Shown piece after piece: positions 19,479-27,808 of a stretch of DNA of 42,725 bases (positions are counted from its first letter, which is position 1; the number at the start of each line of letters is the position of its first letter). The notes beneath the pieces are model-generated. The model saw only the letters and a program-made list of their open reading frames with translations, was not told the DNA's origin and ran no database searches. The position numbers were made by a program, and so were the translations under genes. Location: IMG/VR virus record IMGVR_UViG_3300048856_000125, positions 1 through 42,725 of that record; one strand, written 5' to 3'. Source of the stretch: a virus. Taxonomy: Duplodnaviria > Caudoviricetes.

Positions 19479-20993
19479 TCAGAAGTTGTCGAATGTGAAT
19501 GACGAGCCGAGCGCCAGCTCATTGAGAGCATCGGCGAAGGCGTCCACCTGGTCATCAAACTGACCGTTTGGGAACGAGCACACCTCGTCTAGAAAGGCCT
19601 TGTTCCAATCCCCCCGCACGAGCTTGACGTTGCCGGCCTCTGCCTGGGCGGACGCTGGTGTTGCTCGGGTGGCTTTGTCACCTGTCGGGGGTACGGCTTT
19701 CACCGCATATCCAGCCAGCAGCTTGATCTTCGTCTCGGCGTCTGCCTTGCCGGCGGCACCGGGATCTTGCGGCATGCGGATTGAGACCGACGCCCCGTCC
19801 TGCGATGCCTTGTTCTTCAAGGTCTTCTCGACCTCGGCGGGAGACCAGCGACCGCGCTCCACGTCCTCGATGTAGAAGGCGCCCTTGTGCCAGGCCATCC
19901 TAAGGCCGACGGTCCAGTCCGGCTGTTTGCCGGGCTTCTCCTTCGACGCTGCAAAGTCCCATGCCCTCACCCGCTTGGCTCCGGCCGGTACAGCATCGAC
20001 GACCTCGAAGTCGCCACGCTGGAACATGCCGCCAGAGCGAGGTGCTGGGCGCTGCTGATACTGTCCGGCATAGGCATAGCTACCCATGTCGCGTTTGAGC
20101 TTCTTGACGGCTTCCTGCGGGAACCTGACAGGGTCGAGGAGTTCTCCCTCCTCCTTGCGAGGATCAGAGAAACCAATCTCGGTCGAGCAAGCCCGCTCCG
20201 GCTCGAACTCCATAGGCAGCATGAGGTGGACGTATTCCATCCCGACCTCATGGATCACGCCGGAGACGTCCTCTTCGTGCAGGCGCTGCATGATGACGAC
20301 GATCGCCGACCGCTCCTGGTCGTTCAATCGGTTCTGCGCACCCTCGCGGAACTTGCGGGTGGTTGCCAATCGATCTGCAGCGGATTCCGCCGTCTCGGTC
20401 GAGTGCGGATCGTCGATAACCAGCCTGTCACCGCGCTGGGACGTCAGCGATCCGAATGGCACGCCCTCGCGCGTCCCGGTCTTCGTGTTCGAGAACGATG
20501 TCTCGCCGGTACGGTTGAGCTCTACCTCGGGCCATAGCGACCGATACCAGTCCGACAGCATCAGGTCGCGGCACTTACGGGTGTCGCGTTTGACGGGCCC
20601 ATCGTTAAACGACGTGGTCAGGTAGCGCATAGACGGGAGACCACGCGGCCCCCATTCCCAAGCCTGCCACATGACCGAGACGAGGAGTGACTTGGACGAG
20701 CCTGGTGGGACGTTGATCAGTAGCCGGTTGATCCGGCCGTCGGTCACTGCCTCCAGGTGGACGCAGATCGCATCGATATGCCAGCCATGGGTATATTTCG
20801 CCGTAGGCTCCAGCACATGCCACGCCTCACGAACGAAACCAGCCAGGGTTTGGCAGCGCGCCCGTATACGCTCCGCATCCTTGGCAATGGCTTCACGCTC
20901 AGCCTCAGCCTTCCGCCTCGCCCTCTCCGCCCGGATAGCCTTCATCATCTCCGCCGGCGCCGGCAAGCGGGCCAAAGATGGCTTCGAGTGCAT
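19479..20993 (-). CDS. terL: Terminase large subunit (exact start uncertain, 20945-20993)
   Basis: INVPPGSSKS Walker A, LVIDDPH Walker B, MQRLHEED, C-terminal DDQVDA nuclease motif. Confidence 0.93.
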   Translation of the reverse strand: MHSKPSLARLPAPAEMMKAIRAERARRKAEAEREAIAKDAERIRARCQTLAGFVREAWHVLEPTAKYTHGWHIDAICVHLEAVTDGRINRLLINVPPGSSKSLLVSVMWQAWEWGPRGLPSMRYLTTSFNDGPVKRDTRKCRDLMLSDWYRSLWPEVELNRTGETSFSNTKTGTREGVPFGSLTSQRGDRLVIDDPHSTETAESAADRLATTRKFREGAQNRLNDQERSAIVVIMQRLHEEDVSGVIHEVGMEYVHLMLPMEFEPERACSTEIGFSDPRKEEGELLDPVRFPQEAVKKLKRDMGSYAYAGQYQQRPAPRSGGMFQRGDFEVVDAVPAGAKRVRAWDFAASKEKPGKQPDWTVGLRMAWHKGAFYIEDVERGRWSPAEVEKTLKNKASQDGASVSIRMPQDPGAAGKADAETKIKLLAGYAVKAVPPTGDKATRATPASAQAEAGNVKLVRGDWNKAFLDEVCSFPNGQFDDQVDAFADALNELALGSSFTFDNF

Positions 20994-21282
20994 TGAGCTG
21001 CTCTTCCGTCATGTTGGTGAGGTCGACAGTCTGGATTGGGCCGCCACCGGGACCGCTGATGCCCTGCGTTACCTTGCCATCGAGACGATCAGCAATTTCC
21101 TTTATTGCCGGCACTTCACCCATCTCCAGCAGCTTCCGAGCGTTCCACCTGAGGGAACCCTTCTTGGCAACGCACTTCTCACCGCGCTCCGCCGCAAGGG
21201 CCTCCATCATGAGGGCTTCCTTGAAGGGTTTCGACTTCGGCCGTCCGCCCGGATTGCCGCTTTTGCCAGGCTGAAAAGTCAT
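20905..21282 (-). CDS. terS: Terminase small subunit (DUF5681-type)
   Basis: FQPGKSGNPGGRPK N-terminus; directly upstream of terL. Confidence 0.75.
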   Translation of the reverse strand: MTFQPGKSGNPGGRPKSKPFKEALMMEALAAERGEKCVAKKGSLRWNARKLLEMGEVPAIKEIADRLDGKVTQGISGPGGGPIQTVDLTNMTEEQLNALEAIFGPLAGAGGDDEGYPGGEGEAEG

Positions 21283-21541
21283 GCCTTGTTCTCAATCGCT
21301 AGGGCCACTGATTTTAAACGTTTTTGCGATCCGATTTCGCGGAGAGTGAAATATCATTTCTACTGGCCGATGAGGCTCTGTCATTTCGCGATATGAATTT
21401 TCTACCGGCTTGCACCATTCACGCCGTTAGAATGAGGGCCAAACGTACCCCGAGCGGCGGCTCGGCTTCTACAGCCAAGATGGAATGCCATGGCCTTCTC
21501 GCCGGTGAGAAGTTGAAATGTCCGCTCCATGCAGAAACGAG

Positions 21542-21566
21542 AAAACCCCGCCATTGCTGACGGGGT
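21542..21566 (-). terminator. Intrinsic terminator after the BA14K / 69-aa genes
   Basis: Minus strand ACCCCGTCAGCAATGGCGGGGTTTTC. Confidence 0.7.
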
Positions 21567-21595
21567 CGTACTTGCGGAAGACTTGAACTTCCAAG

Positions 21596-21805
21596 TTATG
21601 AATTGATCGTCTTCAAGTTGCTAACGATCTCAGCCTGCTCTTTGTCGTCCAACCCTTCAACGTTTGCCTGCCAGAAGGCTGATGCCTCAGGAGGCTCATC
21701 CTCCCATTGACGTGTGCTGATCAGGTTGTCGTCCATTTTCGCGAGGCGCTTCCCGCCCAGCCGCTGATATTCTTGTGCGATTTCCGCTGCGTTGGTTCTG
21801 GCCAC
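21596..21805 (-). CDS. Hypothetical protein (69 aa)
   Basis: GGAGG RBS, GTG start, followed by a terminator. Confidence 0.7.
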   Translation of the reverse strand: MARTNAAEIAQEYQRLGGKRLAKMDDNLISTRQWEDEPPEASAFWQANVEGLDDKEQAEIVSNLKTINS

Positions 21806-21824
21806 TTCGGCCTCCGTTTTTTGC

Positions 21825-22259
21825 TCAGTTATACGGTGAATTGCAGTGTGCCCTTACACCAGATCGCACAACGAAGGTGTTGTCGTATGCCCGGTATGTC
21901 CGATATCGATCCGCACACCACTGCGCATGTCCAGAACTACCCGAAGCCCGCGGCTGACTGGCTAAAGCGCCACCTATGATCGCGCCAGCGGCAAGCCCAC
22001 CGATGATCGCACCGGTATTGTTTCGACGCCGATTATCGTGCCGGTCGCGGCGATCGTAACGATCCCTGCGATCATATCGGTTATCGTAGCGTCTGTCGTC
22101 TCTGCGACTGTATCTCCTGTCGGATCCGCCATATTGGATCTGCATGACGTCAGTCACCCTAGCTGGCGTTGTTTGGGGAATACCTTGGAATGCATGAGCA
22201 GATCCGTAGCTGCCGAACGCTGTCATCATGGAAACCAGCGCGATTGTTATCTTCTTCAT
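21825..22259 (-). CDS. BA14K family lectin-like exported protein
   Basis: Signal peptide, Arg/Asp/Tyr repeats, [18 protein letters not shown]-terminal [17 protein letters not shown]......CNSPY. Confidence 0.92.
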   Translation of the reverse strand: MKKITIALVSMMTAFGSYGSAHAFQGIPQTTPARVTDVMQIQYGGSDRRYSRRDDRRYDNRYDRRDRYDRRDRHDNRRRNNTGAIIGGLAAGAIIGGALASQPRASGSSGHAQWCADRYRTYRAYDNTFVVRSGVRAHCNSPYN

Positions 22260-22434
22260 ATCTATCTCCATTGCCCTGAGACAGATATGGTGATGCTTTC
22301 CCTTTTTGGTAGCGGCAAACAGTCGAGACACGCGAAAGTGTTGCGCAGAGATGAATTTGATCCTACTCATTCGCTGCACGGGCCTCATCTAAACAACTGA
22401 GCCTCCGCCTTCCTGAAAGACGACCGCACGAGCC

Positions 22435-22460
22435 GGAACTTTATCTGCCCCCCAAAGGTT
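22435..22460 (+). promoter_or_regulatory. Putative sigma-EcfG/RpoE2 promoter
   Basis: GGAAC-N17-GGTT upstream of the 43-aa ORF. Confidence 0.55.
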
Positions 22461-22502
22461 CGCACCGGCATGAGAAGCACGGATAGAAGCGACAGGAGCG
22501 GG

Positions 22503-22634
22503 ATGATGAAATTCGTCGCGATAATTTTCGCGGTCGCCCTCGTGATTGCTGGCGTCTATTTCATCTTTTTTACTCCGGGCGGGGATCCTGGAGGGCAGCC
22601 CTCGCCGCACGCGATTGACCAGGATAGCCAGTGA
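22503..22634 (+). CDS. Small single-pass membrane protein (43 aa; not in the ORF track)
   Basis: AGGAG RBS; MMKFVAIIFAVALVIAGVYFIFFTPGGDPGGQPSPHAIDQDSQ; alternative in-frame start at 22470. Confidence 0.65.
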   Translation: MMKFVAIIFAVALVIAGVYFIFFTPGGDPGGQPSPHAIDQDSQ

Positions 22635-22655
22635 TCTAGTACCGGTGGCCTGCGC

Positions 22656-22680
22656 GGAACTCTCCCGAAGCATGTCCGTT
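22656..22680 (+). promoter_or_regulatory. Sigma-EcfG/RpoE2 promoter (exact consensus)
   Basis: GGAAC-N16-CGTT upstream of the lipoprotein gene. Confidence 0.7.
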
Positions 22681-22714
22681 AAACTCTGCACAAAATCACA
22701 CAGGAAACGATCCC

Positions 22715-23053
22715 ATGACCGCTAAAACCATCAGCGCAGCCGCTGCAGTAGGCTTCGCATGCTTCACCCTTGTCGGCTGCGTCAGCGAGGGTGGCTCATA
22801 TGCCGGCTATCGCAGCTACGATCGCTATGACCGATCGGACTGGTATCGCGAAAGCCGCGATCGTGACCGCGATCACCGGCGCCATCATCATAGACATGAC
22901 CGCGATGGCAGGGCCGCTAACGATCCTCGGCCCCGTGATAATGACCGGTTCAGCATGGGTGATCTTCGCAGGATGGAAAGAGAGCGGAGTGACAGGAGCG
23001 AACGATCAGACAGGGACATCATCTTGCCCGAACGCCGAGGCGGCAGACGGTAA
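22715..23053 (+). CDS. Putative lipoprotein, Arg/Asp/His-rich and low complexity
   Basis: Signal peptide ending in an LVGC lipobox. Confidence 0.75.
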   Translation: MTAKTISAAAAVGFACFTLVGCVSEGGSYAGYRSYDRYDRSDWYRESRDRDRDHRRHHHRHDRDGRAANDPRPRDNDRFSMGDLRRMERERSDRSERSDRDIILPERRGGRR

Positions 23054-23118
23054 ATTCTGCTTGCTATTAAACGCCGAACAACGACTAGGTCAGATCAACC
23101 AGCGAAGAGGAGAGGGCA

Positions 23119-23250
23119 ATGGCCAAGGGGCAGGTTCGTGGAAATAAAGAGGCCAGAAAGCCTAAGAAGGACAAGGCTGTCGCCAAAAGTGCTCCGCCCT
23201 TCTTGGGCGCGCAGGTGAAAAACAGCGAGGGCACCGTCAAGAAGAAGTAA
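23119..23250 (+). CDS. Small basic protein (43 aa; not in the ORF track)
   Basis: AGGAG RBS; MAKGQVRGNKEARKPKKDKAVAKSAPPFLGAQVKNSEGTVKKK. Confidence 0.7.
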   Translation: MAKGQVRGNKEARKPKKDKAVAKSAPPFLGAQVKNSEGTVKKK

Positions 23251-23494
23251 CCATGCAGTCCCATCGGTCTTTCCGCTGCCGGAGAGGCCGATGCTGAGGG
23301 CCGGTGTGAGAAACAAAAAAGGCGGGGACGAAATCCGTCGATCTGCGTTTCAGCCATTGAGCCTCCTTGCTGCAGCCGGAGAGTGGAACTGGACGACCTT
23401 GTGCAAAGGCAATAACCTCAACCCATCGCCATTCCCTACGTGAGCAAGTGGCGACTGAGAGACGCTTGTGCTCTCGCTCGATCGAGGGAAGCTT

Positions 23495-23734
23495 ATGCAT
23501 CCAGACGAAATTCGTCCTCGTCTCACCAGTATCCTTATAGAAATCCTGGGAGCCGACCCGGACAAAATCAGCGATACTACGCTCATCGAAGATATCGCCG
23601 CTGATTCACTTGAGATTACTCAAGTCGTGATGGAAGTCGAAGCGGTATTCGGCATCGAAATCGCGGACAAAGACGCTGATACGCTTAAGACGGTGGGGGA
23701 CGTCGTTGCGTTGGTTGGCGCCTCAAAACCCTGA
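23495..23734 (+). CDS. Acyl carrier protein (AcpP-like)
   Basis: 79 aa, acidic; DIAADSLE phosphopantetheine-Ser motif; EAVFGIEI.D.DA..LKTVGD. Confidence 0.9.
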   Translation: MHPDEIRPRLTSILIEILGADPDKISDTTLIEDIAADSLEITQVVMEVEAVFGIEIADKDADTLKTVGDVVALVGASKP

Positions 23735-23767
23735 ACCTTTGAGGTTCACTTTGGGACTTAGGTCTGG

Positions 23768-23792
23768 TGAACCTTTGCGCGCCCTGCGGGTT
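23768..23792 (+). promoter_or_regulatory. Putative sigma-EcfG/RpoE2 promoter
   Basis: TGAAC-N16-GGTT. Confidence 0.5.
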
Positions 23793-23818
23793 TGGGTGTC
23801 GCAACCAGGGAGATACAA

Positions 23819-24043
23819 ATGCACAAACTTCTTGTCGCTCTAGGTACCACGTGCCTTATTACCTGCGCCGCGCCAGCCGTGGCTCAGACGCCGGCGACCC
23901 CGGACGTCACGACCAACAACACGGCAGAGGCCGACGATGACGATGGTTTTGACCTCGGATGGATTGGATTGCTCGGCTTGGCGGGCCTGGCAGGTCTCAG
24001 GGGGCGTCATCGCGACGACCGAACCACTACAGTGCACCGTTGA
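23819..24043 (+). CDS. WGxxGxxG-CTERM-type small exported/membrane protein
   Basis: Signal peptide, then DDDDGFDLGWIGLLGLAGLAGLRGR. Confidence 0.8.
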   Translation: MHKLLVALGTTCLITCAAPAVAQTPATPDVTTNNTAEADDDDGFDLGWIGLLGLAGLAGLRGRHRDDRTTTVHR

Positions 24044-24094
24044 TCGGTAAGCGCGCTCCGCTGACGAGCTGCGGCGCCTCCTCCGATATGGATC

Positions 24095-24128
24095 AACCCT
24101 CGACCTTTCGCATGAAGGTTGAGGGTTT
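24095..24128 (+). terminator. Hairpin terminator between convergent genes
   Basis: AACCCTCGACCTT-N7-AAGGTTGAGGGTT. Confidence 0.65.
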
Positions 24129-24153
24129 CCCTTGTTCCACTTAAACCAACGGG

Positions 24154-24252
24154 TCAAAACACACCAAGAACACCCAAAACCAGCAAGGTCAACACGACCG
24201 ATATGACAAGCGATCCAAGACAACCCAGACGGTTCGAAAAGAAAAAGAACAT
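24154..24252 (-). CDS. Small membrane peptide (32 aa; not in the ORF track)
   Basis: CAGGAG RBS; MFFFFSNRLGCLGSLVISVVLTLLVLGVLGVF; TGAAC-N16-CATT upstream (24284-24308). Confidence 0.65.
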   Translation of the reverse strand: MFFFFSNRLGCLGSLVISVVLTLLVLGVLGVF

Positions 24253-24333
24253 GAAAGGCTCCTGCTCCAGTCTATTGACCAGTAATGCGGCAGGTCGCAG
24301 TTTGTTCATCCTCAGACACAAAAGGCGCTTAAC

Positions 24334-24406
24334 TGGTCGCGGGCAGGAATTGAACCTACTATCTCGTGGTTATGAGCCGCGTGGCTTACCGTTTGCCCTG
24401 CCTGCG
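24334..24406 (-). tRNA. Degenerate tRNA-Met(CAT), probably a pseudogene
   Basis: D-arm GGC-AAACGGTAA-GCC, anticodon loop CT-CAT-AA, GGTTCAATTCC T-loop, 3' ACCA; 2 nt short at the T/acceptor junction, with stem mismatches. Confidence 0.75.
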
Positions 24407-24423
24407 TAAAGTGATGAGGCCAC

Positions 24424-24672
24424 TTAGGCCCAGCGACCGGTTTCCCGCTCGCGGTCGTCAACAGCGCGGCGCATTGCCTCTTCTCGGCTGCACTCGTGCT
24501 TTTCCATGTAGAACCGGATCAGCGATTGTCGGCGGGTCTCGTCCATAATGGCGAAGACGTTCCGGAATTGCCTCTCGCTATCCGCTGACGATTTCACTGC
24601 GCCAGGCTCGCGATCAAACCACCGGGTAAGACCGAAATAAACGGCCACCCCGACGACGATGGCAACGATCAC
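24424..24672 (-). CDS. Membrane-anchored hypothetical protein
   Basis: N-terminal hydrophobic helix; GGGAG RBS. Confidence 0.6.
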   Translation of the reverse strand: MIVAIVVGVAVYFGLTRWFDREPGAVKSSADSERQFRNVFAIMDETRRQSLIRFYMEKHECSREEAMRRAVDDRERETGRWA

Positions 24673-24690
24673 GCCGACGAGGATCTCCCT

Positions 24691-25314
24691 CTATGCCGCC
24701 TGCTTCCGCTTTGCCTCGCGCTGCCGGCGTCGTTCGGCCTGTGCCATCGCCCAAGAGAAGTCCCTCAAGTCTTCATCGAACCCGCAGACTGGCTTGCTTT
24801 CCTCTGGGCGCCAAACTCTGATGTTGGAGCTTTTATCCCCGATTTCCGGCTGGTTTGTCAAAGGCTTATGATCGTCCAAATCGTTATGCTGCAATGGCTT
24901 GCGGGCGAAAGCTCGCGCGATTTGTAAAATAGCCGCATTTTTCCGGTAGTTGCCAACCTGTCGGCTCACACCTTCAACGGTCTTGCACCACTTGGCGAAG
25001 GCCTGACCACCTGCCTCACCCCGAGCCCACGCCCATAGCGCCCGCCGGTGCTGTTCATTCGGCACCAGCTTGATAACCTCCATGGCCGCTTGCCAGATGC
25101 CGATGTCATTGCGGGAGTTGCGGATCTTGTTGGGATCCAGCCATGCCCAGTTGGCATCGTGCTTGTCCTCAGCAAACCAGCCGTTCATATCGGCCGTGTC
25201 GTGGACATAGCCGTGGTTGATTGCCCGAAGTGCTGCCGGCCGTGCCGTGTCTGGAAGCTTGCGATCGACCTCGGCCGCGCGGATGAATAGCTCTTTGATC
25301 TGCTCTTCCGTCAT
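24691..25314 (-). CDS. Hypothetical protein, candidate late-gene regulator
   Basis: Start MTEEQIKELF; last large gene of the early operon, followed by a tRNA (Q-like position); HTH-like VSRQVG segment. Confidence 0.6.
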   Translation of the reverse strand: MTEEQIKELFIRAAEVDRKLPDTARPAALRAINHGYVHDTADMNGWFAEDKHDANWAWLDPNKIRNSRNDIGIWQAAMEVIKLVPNEQHRRALWAWARGEAGGQAFAKWCKTVEGVSRQVGNYRKNAAILQIARAFARKPLQHNDLDDHKPLTNQPEIGDKSSNIRVWRPEESKPVCGFDEDLRDFSWAMAQAERRRQREAKRKQAA

Positions 25315-25763
25315 GCTGCATTCCTTCCGTCGAAGAGTTCGCCTTGCGGCTCGCCGAAGACGCGGCAAGCTCTTTCCCAGATAAGCCCCACGAGGGCCGC
25401 GCGCTTGTTTGTGATGCCGTCCAGGCCGAAGCACCAGTATTGTAGCTTCCCGACCGGGATCGCGTCAAAGAAGCTCAGGAAGCGCGTCACGTCGTTCTCC
25501 ATGATCTCGGGATAGTTCTTCCGGAACGCCAAGACGATATCAGAGGTCGCCCATATACCGGTCTCATCGAGCGCCGCTCGGTTGTTGGCGCAGTCAGCTA
25601 AAGCCATGACGACAAACCGCGCATGGTCGGCTCCGTATTTACGGATGATGCGATGGAGGGTAGCAACCGCGCGAGTTTCGCCGACGGCCGGAACAACATT
25701 AGCCGGCACGACACGAATGTCGAACTCCGCAAAGATTCCCTCGGCCTCGGGGTGGTCGGTCAA
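25311..25763 (-). CDS. Hypothetical phage protein
   Basis: TTG start with GGAGGGG RBS; ETRAVATL motif; coupled to neighbours. Confidence 0.7.
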   Translation of the reverse strand: MTDHPEAEGIFAEFDIRVVPANVVPAVGETRAVATLHRIIRKYGADHARFVVMALADCANNRAALDETGIWATSDIVLAFRKNYPEIMENDVTRFLSFFDAIPVGKLQYWCFGLDGITNKRAALVGLIWERACRVFGEPQGELFDGRNAA

Positions 25764-25861
25764 TCCACACCCCTCCACACCCTGCCATGGGCGATGTTGC
25801 TGACCGTCAAAGGCTTGTTGTCCCCTCGCAGAGCCCTCACTAATGATTGTGCGGCACACGC

Positions 25862-25886
25862 GGAACGTTCTGGTTGCGACGCTGTT
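25862..25886 (+). promoter_or_regulatory. Putative sigma-EcfG/RpoE2 promoter
   Basis: GGAAC-N16-TGTT. Confidence 0.65.
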
Positions 25887-25918
25887 GGGAGCAGACGCAA
25901 ATCTTGATGGAGAAACAA

Positions 25919-26158
25919 ATGCGCGCGCTGAACCTTATCACCCTGCTTCTGGTCATCGTCGGTGGCCTCAACTGGCTGCTCGTCGGCCTTTTTCAATTCG
26001 ATCTCGTCGCAACCCTTTTCGGCGGCCAAGACGCAATGCTGTCGAGGATCGTCTACGTCCTGGTGGGCCTCTCTGCCATTTGGCAGTTGATCCCGTTCGC
26101 CAAGGCCATGTCGATCGGCGAGACGGCTGCAGAAGCTAACCTCCGCCATCACCACTGA
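25919..26158 (+). CDS. DUF378 small membrane protein
   Basis: LVIVGGLNWLLVGLFQFDLVA.LFG....LSRIVYVLVGLSA signature. Confidence 0.92.
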   Translation: MRALNLITLLLVIVGGLNWLLVGLFQFDLVATLFGGQDAMLSRIVYVLVGLSAIWQLIPFAKAMSIGETAAEANLRHHH

Positions 26159-26223
26159 ACGCCGGTGTTGCTTGATCTCGACCGCCGGCGCGATGGTGCC
26201 GGCGGACGCGTTGTCTATCGTGC

Positions 26224-26544
26224 TCATGCCTCCACCCTCACCCTCTCGACCTCGACGACCTTCCCGCCACCTCGGAATAGCTTCCGCTCCGCAGCCGCGA
26301 ACTTGGCCTGCCTTACGGTAACAGTACCATCCTCGAACTTCTCGCCCCTTATCTCGCGACCGTTCATGAATGCCACCAGGTGCTTGAGGCACTCCTCCGC
26401 CGCCTCGCCCTTGGTTTGGAAGACCTTGGGTTTTTTCCCCTTATCCATGACAGGCTCGGGGTGGCTATTGCGGCAAAGCCTGATCATCGCCCAGAAGCCA
26501 AACCCGCCGGGGATGCGGTGAGGATAGGCACTGTACTTGTTCAT
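26224..26544 (-). CDS. Hypothetical phage protein (MNKYSAYPH...)
   Basis: 106 aa; ATGA-coupled at both ends. Confidence 0.75.
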   Translation of the reverse strand: MNKYSAYPHRIPGGFGFWAMIRLCRNSHPEPVMDKGKKPKVFQTKGEAAEECLKHLVAFMNGREIRGEKFEDGTVTVRQAKFAAAERKLFRGGGKVVEVERVRVEA

Positions 26545-26574
26545 GCTGCGGCTCCCGTCGAAACGAGGAGCCAG

Positions 26575-26600
26575 GGAACTATGACAGCGCTGCGGGAATT
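26575..26600 (+). promoter_or_regulatory. Putative sigma-EcfG/RpoE2 promoter
   Basis: GGAAC-N17-AATT. Confidence 0.55.
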
Positions 26601-26636
26601 GAATAGCATCGGTGAACACTCGTAAGGCTGTCGAAC

Positions 26637-26861
26637 ATGCTTGCAAACCGTTGGAAGGAACCCGTGGTCATCCAAGATGGCCGTATCCGGATTACGCTCA
26701 CGTCGCCTGAAGAGGCCATCAATTGGCTGGCTCATGAACGCGACCAGAGGAGCGACAGATGGCGCCACGCTTGGCAGACATGCAGGGCCGTTCACGAGGG
26801 GCGCCTTCCTGCCGAAGAAGCAAGGTCCGCTGTTCAACTGGCTGCGCAGGGGAGACACTGA
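26637..26861 (+). CDS. DUF982 family protein no. 1
   Basis: WKEPVVI...TSPEEAINWL...A...C......AEEARSA pattern. Confidence 0.75.
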   Translation: MLANRWKEPVVIQDGRIRITLTSPEEAINWLAHERDQRSDRWRHAWQTCRAVHEGRLPAEEARSAVQLAAQGRH

Positions 26862-26914
26862 TAGCGCCCACCAGCGGCGGCCGGGGATCGGGTGTGCATA
26901 CCCGGAATACTTGT

Positions 26915-27808
26915 TCATTCGCTCCTCCAGCCTGACGCAATCGTCGCCGGCTCTAGTGGATGTGGGTCGAAGATGGGGGAAATCTGATGCCCTTGGGATT
27001 TGAGAGAGGCAGTGCCTACAACCGTCGCCAAGACATTCACGCGCGGTTCGGCGGCCAACAGCAGAGTGGCATCATCACACCGACGGGCGCCCCTGTGATC
27101 TTCATCATCAGCGGCAAGCGCGGCCTCGAGTATGGCTACGACGATCGCCAACATGCAGACGGCTTGATTGAATACTTCGGCGAAGGTCAGAAAGGCGACA
27201 TGACCCTCACCGGCGGCAACAAAGCGATTGCTGATCACCTCGCCAACGGCAAAACCCTGCTGTTCTTCGAGAAGGAATACCCGGCGCGGCACATCATCTT
27301 CAAAGATGAGATGATCTGCCAGGGCTGGCATTTCGAAGACGGACCGGACATCGCTGGGACGACGCGTAAGGCCATCGTTTTCGAGCTGCGCCCGCTCGAT
27401 TCCGTCGTGCATATAGCTGATGAGAACGTTTCTCCAGCGATCGGCAGTCTCGACGTCCTTCGCGCCCGCGCATTTGCCGCGGCTAAACCGTCGGTGTCCA
27501 GCACGACCGTCACAAGAAGCGTCTACGAGCGATCGGCCGATGTGCGCGATTACGTCCTGGCCAGATCGAAGGGCAGCTGTGAGGGCTGCGGGGTCGCTGC
27601 ACCTTTTTTGCGGACCAACGGTACACCCTACCTCGAGCCGCATCACATTCGCCGTGTCTCTGACGGCGGCCCCGATGACCCGCGGTTCGTGATTGCGCTT
27701 TGCCCGAACTGCCACCGGCGCGTCCACTTCGGCACCGACGGCGTTGGGTACAACACGACCCTGCTCTCGAAGATGAAGGCTGTCGAGGTCAATTAGCTGA
27801 GCTCTCAT
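26915..27808 (-). other. Bridge ORF C (297 aa) spanning the antisense SRA-HNH gene
   Basis: ATGA overlaps at 27805-27808 and 26915-26918; 894 nt without a stop. Confidence 0.55.
26987..27796 (+). CDS. SRA-HNH modification-dependent (McrA-like, type IV) restriction endonuclease
   Basis: N-terminal GGQQQSGI...YGY.D...YFGEGQKGDM...GNKAI SRA-like domain; C-terminal CEGC...YLEPHH...GGPD...LCPNCHRRVH. Confidence 0.85.
   Translation: MPLGFERGSAYNRRQDIHARFGGQQQSGIITPTGAPVIFIISGKRGLEYGYDDRQHADGLIEYFGEGQKGDMTLTGGNKAIADHLANGKTLLFFEKEYPARHIIFKDEMICQGWHFEDGPDIAGTTRKAIVFELRPLDSVVHIADENVSPAIGSLDVLRARAFAAAKPSVSSTTVTRSVYERSADVRDYVLARSKGSCEGCGVAAPFLRTNGTPYLEPHHIRRVSDGGPDDPRFVIALCPNCHRRVHFGTDGVGYNTTLLSKMKAVEVN

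Larger units (their letters stand above)
25760..26227 (-). other. Bridge ORF A (155 aa) spanning the antisense DUF378 cassette
   Basis: ATGA overlap at 26224-26227 and TTGA overlap at 25760-25763; no internal stop. Confidence 0.6.
26541..26918 (-). other. Bridge ORF B (125 aa) spanning antisense DUF982 no. 1; N-terminus paralogous to the next gene
   Basis: ATGA overlaps at both ends; begins MNKYSGYAHPIPG. Confidence 0.6.

Noticed and set aside
21960-22130. Arg-Asp-Tyr repeats as a DNA repeat element
   Set aside because: Explained by the low-complexity coding region of BA14K
24050-24095. CCTCCTCC motif as a cuckoo/alpha-r14 sRNA
   Set aside because: Single copy without the repeated hairpin modules
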